Notes: generated from the sequence alone by a model not told the origin. A stretch of 64,000 nt of DNA from Pseudogymnoascus verrucosus (GCA_001662655.1 KV460235.1), one strand, 5' to 3'; positions 26,951-41,175 are shown, counted from the stretch's first letter. Made by a program: numbers and translations.

Positions 26951-27860
26951 GCCTACATGTTCTTCTGAAGCTGGCACAAAAGATGTATCAGGATAAGTAT
27001 AACATCTCAACAAGCACGTTGCTTTATGAGAATCGCTCTCGATGGTATGCGATGGTGAACGAAGAATCGGGAACCGAGTCGCATGGAAAGCTGTCACTGT
27101 TCCGTATAAGTTACGGCCAGCATATAGTGAGAATTGGATAACCCCACGTCAAACTCACAGATAAGTTGGCCCGTAGGTACACTCTTTTGATGTGCTGTGT
27201 CTTTGATGATGTCTTTGGCGGCTTCTTGAGTTTGGCTCAGCCTTCCCCACAAGGCCCAGCAGCGCGCAACGGGGTCAACAATCGCTGTGGTCCGTGCATG
27301 CGGCTAAAGTCTTAATCAATTGGAGCCATATATTTAAGGCATCAATAACGCTTCTTCAAAGTACCCCGCAGCTGGATACTTCGAGGTCACGGGGGCAGAA
27401 TATATTGAATATCAAGCGGCAGATGTGTTATTCACAGGATAGATTGTCTAAAATATACTGGGCTTATGTGTATAACTGGCCATCAAATTAACTTCACTTT
27501 CGAAGCTATCAAACCTGCTAGTATCTCACGCGAGCGGGCCTACAGTATCAACAAACCCTAGCGATCAGCCAACGTGACAGGCGGGGCAATCGTCGTACTG
27601 TACATATAAATAAACCTTCATTCCTCACGCACAGCAAATCTCCATGAAATACGCAGCTGGGCTATCCTCTTGAAAATAACAGTTTTGCAAAAAGTGGCCA
27701 TCCATCTACCGAATCAGCACTTAATTCGCGTCTGAAGTGACCCCGCCTCTGTATACCTGACGACGGGCATCTCCGATCCAGCCTCGCATATCACGTTTCC
27801 AACTTCCAATATAAGGAAGAAAGCCCAAGTCACTCAAAATACCGCACGGATATCTATTAT

Positions 27861-28841
<981 letters not shown>

Positions 28842-29191
28842 TGTCGCCGATGAACATGGGAGAAGAACCGCTTTGTTGGTTACTGAGAGGGGACAGTCAC
28901 AGATTCCGGCTGATGGGGAGAATATATATATCAATTGTCAACGAAAGGCCAGTGCCAGGGATTGTACAGCCATCAATTCGTTGTAGATTGCTCTTCCTAA
29001 TCAAATTAAGATATCCTCGGGTCGACGAGAGCAACCCGAGAAGCCTATCGAAATACAGTAAAATGAAGGCGAAAGTCTTAAAGCTAGATTGTTTTTGCCC
29101 TGATACGCCAGACGCCCTTTGATCTCTCTCCCCATACAAGTGGACGCCTGTATCCCCTCCCAGTCCCACTCAGTGTACATGTCGTAGCCCT

Positions 29192-29770
29192 CTAGTAGTC
29201 GTCCTCATCATCATCGACAATGCCCTCCCCTCCGTATCCATTGTGGCGATCGGCATCCTCGTCATCCAGGTCATCATCGACTCTCTCTCGTTCTCCGGCT
29301 CGACCTGGGGGGGCGAAACTCCTCGGGCGGTTCGCGTTGGCTTCCTTGTTCTCCTGCGCAACGGTGTCGCACGCGTCGACCCACTCGGAGTACACATCAA
29401 CCGGCAGCGAAAGGTCTGGCACGAATAAGTCAGCATATGCCATCGCCATCAAGCAACATCTAAGGGGGCGGGGCGGGCGGGTGTTGCGTACAGTTGATGC
29501 TGCATGAAAACGACTGATCGCACACTTTGCACGACAGGTGGCCGACGCCGGCCTTCTTGTCGATCTTCGCGGTCACGGACTTCTCATGGTTGCAGAAGAG
29601 ACACGGGAAGGTGGTCGCGAGGGGTTCGTTCTTCTTCTTCGTCGGGGCCTTGGCCGCCTTCTTTCGCTTGCCCTGTATTTACATCCCAGTCAGAGATTCG
29701 GTTCGATTGCTAGACAAGCTGCATGCTATGCTAGAGGTCAGCTGGAGGGAGAGGGGTGGTTCCTGACCAT
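29192..29770 (-). CDS. ELF1: Transcription elongation factor 1 (zinc ribbon), multi-exon
   Basis: ATG-only first coding exon, then GKRKKAA...FPCLFCNHEKSV, CKVC and LSLPVDVYSEWVDAC with an acidic tail. Confidence 0.92.
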
Positions 29771-30398
29771 CTTTGGTGGGTTGTGGTGTTTTCGAGCAGA
29801 TTTGGGGGGGGGGGGAGGGGGGGTTGGTTGGGTTTTGGCAGAGGGAGGAGGGCTCTTTTCCTAATCGGGCTGAGGGTTTGGTGTGAACTGAAGCGGTGAG
29901 GTTGGGCAAACAGCAGAAAAGGCGGCTTAAGATAACAGAGCCCTGGTTGTCTTGGCGCGTCCGATAAGGCTTGCAAAGAGTCGTAAAGAGTGCGGAAAGT
30001 GGGTTAAGAAAAGACCCGCAGACAGGGAAGTTGGATGTGGGGTAAAGATTGGGTACCAGTGCTGGTGGCTGGCTGTTGATCCTAAGTGCTGTGGGTGAGT
30101 CCGTGAGCTGATGGTTGAGGACAAACGCGCTTGATATGGGATAACCGGTATGCGACATGCGACATGCGCAGCACGAAAGAGAGTATATGAATCAGTTGGC
30201 GCTGTCTATCTTAGTTCAAGAAGCGCAGAATGATATTGAATGATGTTGATCTAAAGTAGAAGTCAAGCTTTGCTAGCTACAGTAGTAATAAAGGGCCGCC
30301 GCTCGTTATCCATGTCCCTTTCCCATATTCCCATAGCTTTACATACCCTACAATCCCATACAAGTAGCTCCACCTTCTGACGCAACAACATACAGGGC

Positions 30399-30422
30399 CT
30401 CTTATCCTCTTATCCTCTTATC
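30399..30422. promoter_or_regulatory. Three tandem GATA elements (CTCTTATC x3) upstream of URC1/urg1
   Basis: CTCTTATC-CTCTTATC-CTCTTATC gives three GATAAG sites on the minus strand, about 400 bp upstream of ATG 30817. An AreA/NIT2 role is inferred. Confidence 0.5.
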
Positions 30423-30816
30423 GCTGATCTCATTTGCCAGTTCATGGCCATTTGGTTTTGAGGGTATCACAAGTAGAGCAGGTCGGAGCTCACGAGGTAT
30501 AGTACAGTATCATATCCACGTCATGTAAACAAACCCTTTTGGTTCTTACACAATCAATGGTACAGTACCCCGCATCTGCTATGTGACCTATCTGACACTA
30601 CCTGACACACCTCGCGTCCTCACCGCGACTGCTGCATCTGCATCTGTACCTTACATACTTTACAATCACATTGCCTCAAACTGCGCTTTCTTGAACCAAG
30701 TACATGACTGATATTGGGAACATCTGGGCAGTCTAGAGAACCTCAAGACTCCATTCAACCAGCCGATCTTCCAACGATTATAGTACCATTTCGAATACAA
30801 TACCGCTTCACGAACC

Positions 30817-33481
30817 ATGGCTGCACCAGCGGCAGATCAGACTGCTCTCATGAAAGACGTGCTGGAAGCCCTCAAGGTATTGACAGCCAACCAGACCCAG
30901 CTCGCCGCAAATGTAGATGCCATCAACGGCCGCGTAAATATCCTCGCTGGCATCAAAGAAGTTGAACTTGCCGCAACAGCTTCCAGCAGCAAACAGGAAG
31001 ACACCCCGAGCACCACGGCTCACATAGATAACAAAGAAGACCATGATGTTGGGGTACCGGAGTCTCCAACTGTGGCAGCAGAAGACGTTGACCATTCCAA
31101 TATGCCTTCCACTGCATCGCCCTCGAATCTGCAGTATACTCCGACTTCACGGATCATTCTTACGTGGGTTAAACCTAACCCTGCCCGTCGCCCCATCCAG
31201 TCGTCAATCTCGTCCCGGGCATCTTATACGAGTGCCTGAAGGGGTATCCCGACCCGCGTGTTGCTGAAGCTGACAATATATCCAGCACGTACCCTGGCCA
31301 AAGTGGCATAAACCCGCTTCCGATGGACTGGGGCAACAAAGATCCGCAGACGAGGGGACCAGTCGTTGTTTCGAGGTCGCAATCGACGATTCGGAGGCGC
31401 AATGGTATGCTATACGAACCCCTCATGTTGTGCAATGCTAACGGTTATTGTCATTATAGCTATAGGAGGTATATCACGTCCCGATGCGACATACAGAGAA
31501 CACTTTATTGACGAATGCCAGCACACGGTGGGTCATATTCGATATACTACGCTCTTGCCGTAGCCAGCAAAGAGATAGAACTTGACCATAAGTAAGCTAT
31601 GAGGTTCACTTGTCAAACAGCGTCCCAACCGAGCGAAATATCTTGTCAGGGACCGAGGTTATATTTTACTGTATATTCAGTTTTCCCTCATTAAGAAAAT
31701 GATATCTAGCAAACGATAGCGGAATTTTCAACGGCTAATAGTATTCAGGCCCGACTTCACAAACACCGAGCCAGCTTCTAACATAGGTCCTTTTCCACAA
31801 TGGGCCGACAAGGAGAAGATAGTCTCTTTGGATCCTCTTGGACATCTGGCACCCTGGCTTTTTAAAAGCACCATGGATTCCGAGAATAGTTCGTATTCAG
31901 CCTTGATTCTATGAGAGGTGTTACTAACTTGCCCAGTTGACATCCGTCCAACTATTGGTTAGTTCTGAATGCCCCTACGACTTATGCCAATGTATATTAA
32001 TTCTGGTATATGCAGCCATTACCAAAGCTCGGATGAATGTATGAACCTATCCTCCCCCAAGACCACTCTATGTCAACGTCCAGCTAACTGACCTTGCCAG
32101 CTTCCGGAGCTTGAAGCCAGCGTTCGAGAGGGCAGACTGTAAGTCGAATCAATACTTAGTCATAGATGAGTCGATCAATTAACTTCCCCAAAGTGTTCCT
32201 GATGGAAAGGTGTGCTTGAACGATCTGGGAGAGCTTGCAGTTACCAAATTTGCCGTCGAACCAGTATGATATTTTTATATTCCGACTCTGTACAGCGTAC
32301 TGACATGGTGCAGGTGTGGTATCTCCCAGGAGTTGCTAAGCGTTTCGGAATAGGTCACAACTCTAGACTACTATCAATATACTATGCTAATGATTACTTG
32401 CAGATGAAGGTACTTTGCGCCGTTCACTCTTTGAGCATACGGGAGGAAGCTACCCTGAGGTAAACTTGCAGCATGCTGTGCATGGCCCATAGCTGAGATC
32501 CAAGCTAACGGCAGTAGCTTATCACGAGGGGGGATATCAAGGTTTTCTTACCACCAATAGGTATGTAAGAACACTGGGCTCAGTGTTATCATGCTTATGC
32601 ATAGTAGGTGGCCTAACTGTGTATTGCTTCGGCGATCCGGCAAAAATGGCAGATGCCAACGCACGCCTCGCCCTTCGGATCCACGACGAGTGCAACTCAA
32701 GCGACGTATTCTCTAGTAATATTTGCACTTGCCGTCCATATTTAATATTTGGAATTGAAGAAGCTGTAAAGGAAGCCCAGAAAGGAGGAAGTGGCGTTGT
32801 CATATATTTCAGGAAAGAAGGACGAGCTTTGGGAGAAGTCACAAAGGTAAAGTCCACATTTTCCATGGCCCTTCGCTATTACTGATATTTTCCAAACTTG
32901 TAGTATCTCGTTTACAATGCCAGAAAACGTAGTGCCGATAGAGCATCTGAATACTTCCAGAGGACCGAAAATGTGGCAGGAGTGAAGGACATGAGGTTTC
33001 AAGCACTGATGCCAGACATCCTTCACTGGCTTGGCATAACAAAGATCGACCGAATGATGAGTATGAGCGAGTATGTCTACTCCAACGGATGTATTTCCAG
33101 CTGCAAAGCGCTGACTCTCACTCTCTCGCAGCATGAAGCACGACGCAATCGTTGGGCAAGGGTACATATCTCACCTTTGACAGTAGTCCCGTGCTTACAC
33201 GATTTGTAGTATACCGATCCACGAACGAGTAGAGCTGCCCGAATCGTGGATTCCAGATGATGGTCGAGTGGAGATAGATGCGAAAATTACGGCTGGTAAG
33301 TGCAGCTCTTCTTCTTGATCTGGACGATCCGTATTGATGGTGTGGGACAGGGTACTTCACGAAAGGCCATCGAATGACGAGTGAGGAATTGGAAGCTGTC
33401 CGAGGAAGAACCTGGGAAGAGTAAGCGTCCCGTGTTGTAGTATAATCGTGATATTAATTATGTTACAGCATCGATCACTAA
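30817..33481 (+). CDS. URC1: GTP cyclohydrolase II-like protein of the URC1/urg1 (uracil catabolism) type; 18 exons
   Basis: Manual splicing gives RIILTTYPGQSG, RRRNAIGAHGGSYSIYYALAVA, DIRPTIAITKA, VWYLPGVAKRFG, RIHDECNSSDVFSSNICTCRP (Cys Zn motif), YFRKEGRALGEVTK, DMRFQALMPD and EIDAKITAGYF. This is the URC1/urg1 layout, not the short riboflavin RIB1 layout. Confidence 0.88.
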
Positions 33482-34416
33482 AAAGATCATGGAAAGGTGG
33501 TCTGGAAGGGTTGGGGTTGGGCGGATTGCCAGAAGGGGAACACCACCACCATTACGTGATCCCAGTCACGAGTGGGAACAGGGAAGAAGCAACGTTAGAA
33601 CCCCCCCAGAACTTGATGCATGGAGCAACATGCGGAAATGTATTTGGGGGGTAGCTTGATGGATCGCGATGGGGTGTTGTGCCGCCTGGAAGTCTTGAGG
33701 ATGGGCAGCGCACGCATAGCTTGAGAATTGATACCTGTACTTGAATTCTTCTGAAGCTCGCTCGACCAAAAGGCGGTAAACATGATATGATAAATTGTAG
33801 GTGTGAATAATCAAGAAGCCGTCACTTCAATTACAGTTACTGTAAACAACTGAAAGCGGCGATGGGCTCTTTTCTTTTCGGACTTTTGGGTCGACGCGAG
33901 CAGCATTGGGCCGACTTAATCAAGGCGTGACCCCATGCCCAAACAGCCCTGTTGTCCGTTTACTGGCCATAATTCACGAGGAACGAGAGATTCATAGGCG
34001 GGCCGGGCCCTGTCTAACGAACACTGTGCAGTAGCCCCGAATGGAAGCCACACAGATTGGACCACATCGCTCAGGATGACTAGACCATCAAACCGGAGAT
34101 ATGTGGCGGTCATGGTAGGGACGAAATGGGGAAGAGTTGCTTGATATCTCGAACGTGATGTAAAGTGTCTGATGGGTGCGGAGATAGATAGGTCTCCACA
34201 AGCCCAAAACAAATAATTAAGATTATAGCTTTATAGGCAGACTTGTGAACTTGGAATCTATTGGGACAGTGTATTTGGATTCATCAATAACACGTTTATT
34301 TACAATCCTCAACAATAACACATTACAATTACAACCTACCTACAATCGTCACTGCTTCAACCTTCACATCTTCCGTCACTCACATAGTGGCTGTAGCACG
34401 TTACACATTACCTGAA

Positions 34417-34919
34417 ATGGCGAGCTCACATTCAATCTCATCAGAGGGCAAGTCGGCATCGAGGCCAATATCGAGGACTTCCACCTGTCGACGACCGAAG
34501 TTGATGCGCTCCAGCGCGACTGCACCCTCCCTGGCCACATCGAACGCCTGCCGCAGCGACCTTGCCTACCTCCATCCATCGTCAAGGGCGACAGCGATAC
34601 TCAGCCGGGTTGCCTCTTCATCACCGCCGAGGACAGACGCCGTGAGCCTGTCGTCGTCACAAGATAGCTGTCGCCGCTCTGTGAGCCCAAGACGAACAGT
34701 ATCGGATCACGGCTTCTCAAATACGGTAGAGGAGCAGAAGGAGAGCATGTACACATGTGAGTTTCACCGCCGTCACCTACCCACACTGGGTATGGCCAGT
34801 CTTGCTTTCGAACAATTTGGCTCATACAACCTGAAGCACAATGCCTCTATTTCAGCTTCCCGAATTTCGAAGACTTCCACGAGGACCCGGATGATGGCGG
34901 TGAAGAACTCGGAAATTGA
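34417..34919 (+). CDS. Small Ser/Arg-rich hypothetical protein, 2 exons
   Basis: ATG 34417 opens an open frame to a GTGAGT donor at about 34757. An AAG acceptor at about 34836 joins in phase to QCLYFSFPNFEDFHEDPDDGGEELGN*. Confidence 0.5.
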
Positions 34920-35433
34920 TTGTTTTTGTTGTTTTGGGCGGTGGAGTGACTTTGCGTTGGCGTTCGGTGCATGGGTGGTTGGGATGGATGGTGGGGATGG
35001 CGAATGGAGTGACGGACTGACTGACTGGCATTATGGGAATGGAGGGGGGCAACATATGGCATAAGGAAATGGCATAACTAGCATAACAGATACCAAATAA
35101 ATATTCATATTTTAATCATCGATTTTCTTTGAATTTGTTGTGTACTTTCGCTGTATTTTTGTTGTTTTTTGTTGTTTTTGTGCTGTGTTGTTGAACCGTG
35201 TTCTTCGAAATCCGGAACAAATGGAAGGGAACAACTCTACTCCACACCGAAAATCCGAAAATCCACAGTAGCCCTTTCCCAGGGATCAATGCGCTGACTA
35301 AGCTTCGGTTAGTTTGCCCCACTAGCGCGACACACACATCTGAATTTGACAATATTTCCATTTGGTCAGTATCGCCAACCTACGACAAACGTTCAACTCA
35401 ACAGTCAACGCGATCAGGTAACTTATCGCAATC

Positions 35434-36491
35434 ATGGCTGTCGGAAAGTGAGTCTTACTCTGGAACCCGAAACCTCGAATTCATTTTGCTACGACTTCTG
35501 AGCATCAATGCGCGCACACCACACAAATTAGAGCCATCTCTAACACACCTCTGCAGGAACAAGCGCCTCTCAAAGGGAAAGAAGGGTATCAAGAAGAGAA
35601 CCATCGATCCCTTCACCCGCAAGGACTGGTACCAAATTAAGGTAAATTGCTCATGACGCAGAGGCTATGCATGGTATCGTTGCTAACTGTGATTTAAAGG
35701 CACCTACCTCGTTCCAGATTAGAGAGTATGGCAACCCCGATTACAATGTGTATAACAGATTCTAACAATCGATTTCAGTGTCGGCAAGACTCTTGTCAAC
35801 AGGACTACCGGTCTCAAGAACGCCAACGACTCCCTGAAGGGCCGTATCGTCGAGGTCTCCTTGGCCGATCTCCAGAAGGATGAGGACCACGCTTTCCGCA
35901 AGATCAAGCTCCGTGTCGATGAGGTGCAGGGAAAGAACTGCCTGACGAACTTCCACGGTCTCGACTTCACATCCGACAAGCTGAGGTCCCTGGTCCGCAA
36001 GTGGCAATCGTTAATCGAGGCCAACGTCACCGTCAAGACGACCGATGACTACCTCCTCCGCCTCTTCGCGATCGCCTTCACCAAGCGCCGCCCCAACCAA
36101 ATCAAGAAGACCACCTACGCTGCTTCTTCGCAAATCAGAGCCATCCGCAGGAAGATGACTGAGATCATCCAGCGCGAGGCCTCGAGCTGCACCCTTACCC
36201 AGCTTACCGCCAAGCTCATCCCGGAGGTTATCGGCCGCGAGATCGAGAAGGCTACACAGGGAATCTACCCTCTCCAAAACGTACGTATCAGAGACTTGCC
36301 GTATTTTTTTCTGTTGAGGAGATTACAGTTATTGACATCACACTCAGGTTCACATCCGCAAAGTCAAGCTCCTGAAGGCACCCAAGTTCGACCTCGGCGC
36401 CCTTCTTAACCTCCACGGCGAGTCAAACACGGATGAGCAGGGACAGAAGGTTGAGAGGGAGTTCAAGGAGACGGTCCTGGAGCAGGTATAA
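35434..36491 (+). CDS. RPS1: 40S ribosomal protein eS1 (S1/S3a), multi-exon
   Basis: Contains [45 protein letters not shown] and IYPLQNVHIRKVK. Confidence 0.97.
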
Positions 36492-36912
36492 AGTGCTGTA
36501 CTAGCGGGGTTTTGATTGGTCATGTTCATTAGGGCAAAGGTCTTGCTTTCGGCATATGGCGTGACTTGCATGACCTCTCAGGCATTTGGGAGTCATTCAA
36601 AATCAAAGAAATTTCAAAAAAACTTCCGCTTCCCACTGTATTGCTTTCTGTGATGCTTTTTTGCGCTTCAACTTTGATGTGGCTACTCTAAATACCAATC
36701 ACATGCCCACACATTTTAGCGAAAACGGGTATCGCTGAACGATAACTGTCTCCCCTCCACCATGTAGATTATAGACATGTAGAGTGCCGTACAAAGAACA
36801 ACTGTTCCGTCGCCAAGTAAAGGCTCGGGTAGCGGTCTCTTGTATATTACAGTTGCTTGCTGCCTTGCCCTGGACATTTCAACAGTGAATGAATGGCTCA
36901 ACAGCGATCACG

Positions 36913-37622
36913 ATGGACACCGACAACCTCAAGGTCATCAAGCTGCTCATGATCGGTCCTTCTGGAGCCGGGAAATCAGCACGTATGGACCAATACTTGT
37001 GGTTACAGACTGTGGACTAACCGCCCTTGAGTGTTGATCAGATACTGCGACGACCAGTTCGACCCGGAATCCTCGACGGCCACTATCGGCGTTGACTTCA
37101 AGGTGCGGGCGGACCCTCAGCGCTGTGAAGGCGACAAGGCTGATTGATCGATAGGTGAAGAAGCTTTCGGTGCGAGGCACTTCGTATCGCCTGAACCTCC
37201 TCGATACTGCGGGCCAAGAACGATTCCGGACTCTCTCGAACAGCTATTACCGCGGCGCCCACGGCGTCATCCTCGTGTATGATATTTCCAACCGGGACAG
37301 CTTCCTGTCCATGGGTCGGTGGTTTGAGGAAGTCCAGAACAACTCTATGCCTGGGACGATTACATACTTGGTCGGGAGCAAGCTGGACAAAGAGGCGTCG
37401 AGAAAGGTCAGCGCCTCGGAGGGAGAGGCACTTGCGTCTATCCACGGCGCGCAGTTCTGCGAGGTCAGTTCGAAGACCCGGGAGAATGTGCGGAAGCCGT
37501 TCGTAGAAATCGTTGATACTATCGTCTCCACGCCGGGGTTGGTAGAGCAGACACAGCGGGATTCAAGTGGTATCACCTTGGGCAATGCGGCGTCACAGAT
37601 TTCTTCCGGATGTCCATGTTGA
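36913..37622 (+). CDS. Rab-family GTPase, Rab18-like, 3 exons
   Basis: Contains KLLMIGPSGAGKS, DDQFDPE..ATIGVDFK, DTAGQERFRTLSNSYYRGAHG, GSKLD, EVSSK and a C-terminal CPC prenylation motif. Confidence 0.8.
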
Positions 37623-37783
37623 GACGTCGATGAAGACGTCGGCTGGTCAGATATATTTTTTATCTACAAGTATTATACACTTTCCGCCCTCAAACATCCA
37701 TTTACAATGGTTTGTTGCGGCGTAGTTTCTAGATTCTACCCTTCCAAGCTATCCTTGAGGTATAATCGAATACCCAAGTTCTT

Positions 37784-38982
37784 CTAATTCTCCTTGTCTT
37801 CGCCAAGGAACTCTACGACAGCTGATGGGCGTTAATAACTAGAGATGGTCTTTGGTTGGATACGAGACATACCTTGTCTAAATAACTCGGGCTTCTCTGC
37901 AATGACCCAGTGGCCGGAATCAATATCGACCAGTCGAAATCGAGGAAAGAAGCGCCCAATGATGGGAATAGCTTCGTCTGGAATATACGGGCTTTGGGTG
38001 CCCCGAACGAATAGGGCGGGCTTTTCAAAGCGGACTTCGTCAGGATTTCTGTATGGGAAATCGCCTAGATGACCGAGGGAGAGAGCCAATGTTTTCAAGG
38101 AGAATTTGAATTTCTGCGTCTTCTCGTTTGGAGGACGATGCAGATTCCCAAGGAGAAATTGTCTGATGACAAGAGACTGCGTGATAGTTAGCAGCTAGAA
38201 TGGGCCGGACCAATTCATGGCTCAATGATACTTTCCTCTTCGTAGTCCTTTAGAATTTCATCGGCTTCTGATAGCCTCGTTACGCCAGCCTGCTCAATTT
38301 TCTTCATCCCTTGGACGTATTTCCCAAAGCTCCTCAGCAGGGGTGCATCTATCGGGGCATTGTCCACCGCAACGATATTTTGTGTTCTACTAGGATAATT
38401 GAGTGCAAACGCCATGGCGGTTTTGGCTCCCCTTGTGACTTGTTAGGATTATCTTTAACTCCGTAATTAGTACGGGGTTCCAGCTTACATTGAATGGCCG
38501 ATGAGAGTTGTGTCCTCCAGCTTATGCTCATCCATGAACCGCGCAACATCGTCGGCCATGATAGCATAGTCATGACGCTCATGGTGCGGCGAATCCCCAT
38601 GATTTCTCATGTCCTTCAACCTAATTAGCCAATGCTTGAAATTTCCCAATTGAATAGAACATACCAAAGCATAAACATTTCTTCCCAGGTCACGGGCAAG
38701 GACCCTACACGTGCGTGGGTAGATAATTTAGAACAATGATTCTGAGAGGATAGGAATAGACATGGTGCCTTACTTGCTCATGGTCCTGTTGTTCTTCTTG
38801 GAGCCGAAAAGACCATGCATGAAAATGATTGGACTCCCTTTCTCCTCACCTCGAGGGGCCTCATGGAGGTCGAAGCTGAGGGGGGATACCGTCGCAGACG
38901 AATATGGCCTCCTAAGAGCAACTACGGCCAATGATGCGAGCCTGGTTGCCCTCGACGGCGACCTTAGCGAATGCATTGCCAT
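37784..38982 (-). CDS. Mitochondrial alpha/beta hydrolase (ABHD11-like), multi-exon
   Basis: Arg/Ser-rich presequence, then HGLFGSKKN, DMRNHG, the GHSMG nucleophile elbow (split by an intron), VDNAP and GHWV. Confidence 0.85.
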
Positions 38983-39409
38983 CTTCACTTCGCATGCTAC
39001 GCTAGATGCTGTTGTGGGTTCTGGATACCACCGAAAGTCGGAACTGCCTTGGTTCCTCCGTCTTATATTTCCGACCTATATAATACCAAACGTCCTTATC
39101 GGAGGTGACTGTTTTGTAGGCGATAAGGAAAATATCACATGATAAAAACACGTGATATAGAATATTTTTATTTTTATTATGAAGTGGCCCGTAACTCAAG
39201 TAGGGTATACTGGTGAAACAGTCTAATATATTGGTATACAGCGTGTTTTACATATAATATACAGTAAGTGGTTGTGTCAAGATTATGAGGAGGGTCATCC
39301 CAGGCCCTCCGATGGGGAGACGTCGATTTGCGCCCCTTGCCCTTGCCCTTGCCAACAAGTTGGAGCCTCAACTTCTCCGTGTCACTGAGAAGCTCCCGCA
39401 GCTTCAGCT

Positions 39410-40770
39410 TTAAAAGCCGATAGCTTCTCTTACAAGCGCCATCGTTTCTTCGGCACTCTCCCGAGCCTTTTCCGCCCCTTTCTTCTCCACGTGATCGAGA
39501 TACTTGCCATCATCGCGGCTCATCACCTCGTTATAGCGAGCACCGATCCCATCGAGGGATTCTGCCACAGTTTCAGCTACCAAAGTCTTGAAGTTTTTCA
39601 AGTTCAACCCGGCGTGGAGCGTTCCCAGCTCTTCCGGGCTTCGAGATTGCTTGTCCAAGATGGATAAGAGATGCAGGAGGTTCGAGACGCCTGGCCGCTC
39701 AACGGGATCGAACGACACGGAGTTGATGGAGTCTGTTCTTGCGGCCATTACTTTCTTCTTGATTTCTTGGGGTGAGTCGGTAACCAAAATCCTTGAAAGG
39801 GGGTTTGCGTGTGATTTGGACATTTTCAAATGCGGTTCTTGTAGCGACATTACTCGTTTGGCAGGTGCTGGAGCTAGTTAGTAAATGACTTTATGAGAGA
39901 AACTGTTTGCTGGATATACATAGGATAGTTTGCGGAGCAATTAGATGAGGCTGGTATGTGTGGTTGAAGTTGGTTGCACATTCGCGTGCGAATTCCAGAT
40001 GCTGGCTTTGGTCTTCTCCCACTGGAACGTGAGTGGCCCTGCAACAATCAGTAACCTTCCTAGCAGTGACTGGGCCATTACTACCTATGGACCAAAATAT
40101 CCGCGGCTTGTAGAACTGGATATGAAAAGAGCCCAAGCTTCAACTTGGCTTTGCTGCCCGTGTCCATTGCGTTCGCATCCTCCGATAGCGAGAGCTTGCT
40201 CTATTTGTCATTAGTAGATGCGACAAGCAGCGTTTAGATTCATTATCTAGAATACCTTCCACTGTGTCATACGAGAAAGATAACCTGCTGAAGCTGTGCA
40301 GCTTAATATCCACATCAGCTCGGCATGTGCTTGGACCTGGAAAGTTGATGAGTCTCATGTTTACCAAAAACGCCCGGAATTAAACATACGGACGACTGGT
40401 AGAATAATATCGACCTCTCTGGCCTTATGCCTATAGCTAAAAGAGTAGCCAAGACCTCGCGTTTATATTGCCTGAGACGCTGGGGATCTTGCGGCACGGT
40501 GATGGCATGCAAATCCACGACGGAGTATATTAGTTTGGTTTCCGAAGGAACTGAATCCTGTAGGTCCACCCATTGCTTAAGAGCGCCAAGGTAGTTTCCA
40601 AGATGAGGAATGCCGGTTGGCTGTATGCCGGAAAATATAACCTGGCGCGGTGGTGTTGGGATGGCTGAGGACAGCCTCCGAATATTTGACGGGCTTGACG
40701 CTTGCTTGGAAAGTGCGCATACAACTGACTCACGCAGGAGCGAACGAGAATTTCGACATAGTAGAACCAT
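39410..40770 (-). CDS. MSW1: Mitochondrial tryptophanyl-tRNA synthetase, multi-exon
   Basis: Contains [12 protein letters not shown] (HIGH motif), VDLHA, VPVGEDQ and KMSKS, with an N-terminal presequence. Confidence 0.93.
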
Positions 40771-41175
40771 AGCTATACAACCAAAAGAAACAATTAGACG
40801 TAGGAAAAGGTGAATTGGTGAAATCTGGCTCAGCATCGGCCATCCACGAGATAAAATTGTTCGTCACGTGATATGAATTATTTTATGTTGTGAGAGGCTT
40901 CCAAAAGAAAATTATGCTCAACTTGCCGGACATACAAACTATTAGTGTTGGTGCTCTTCATTTAATACTTTCATTCAAGAGAGCCCGGTTTCATATTCTA
41001 ATGTTGGAGATTCACAGTAGTAAGCTGTTTCTTGCGGATATGTATATATACAGGGTTTCCGTTACCCATTAACTCCCAACATGTGCTACCCTGCGCCTTC
41101 TAAATGCAGCAATACCTAATTTACGTGCTTCTGATACAGTATAATATACATCCCGGACACTCTGAAATATTAACC

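Noticed and set aside
31591..31748. Longer-than-average URC1 intron as a possible snoRNA host (also checked the mei2, importin, SNF2, ELF1 and RPS1 introns)
   Set aside because: No convincing C/D box pair or recognisable rRNA guide by eye; an H/ACA RNA cannot be excluded without Infernal.
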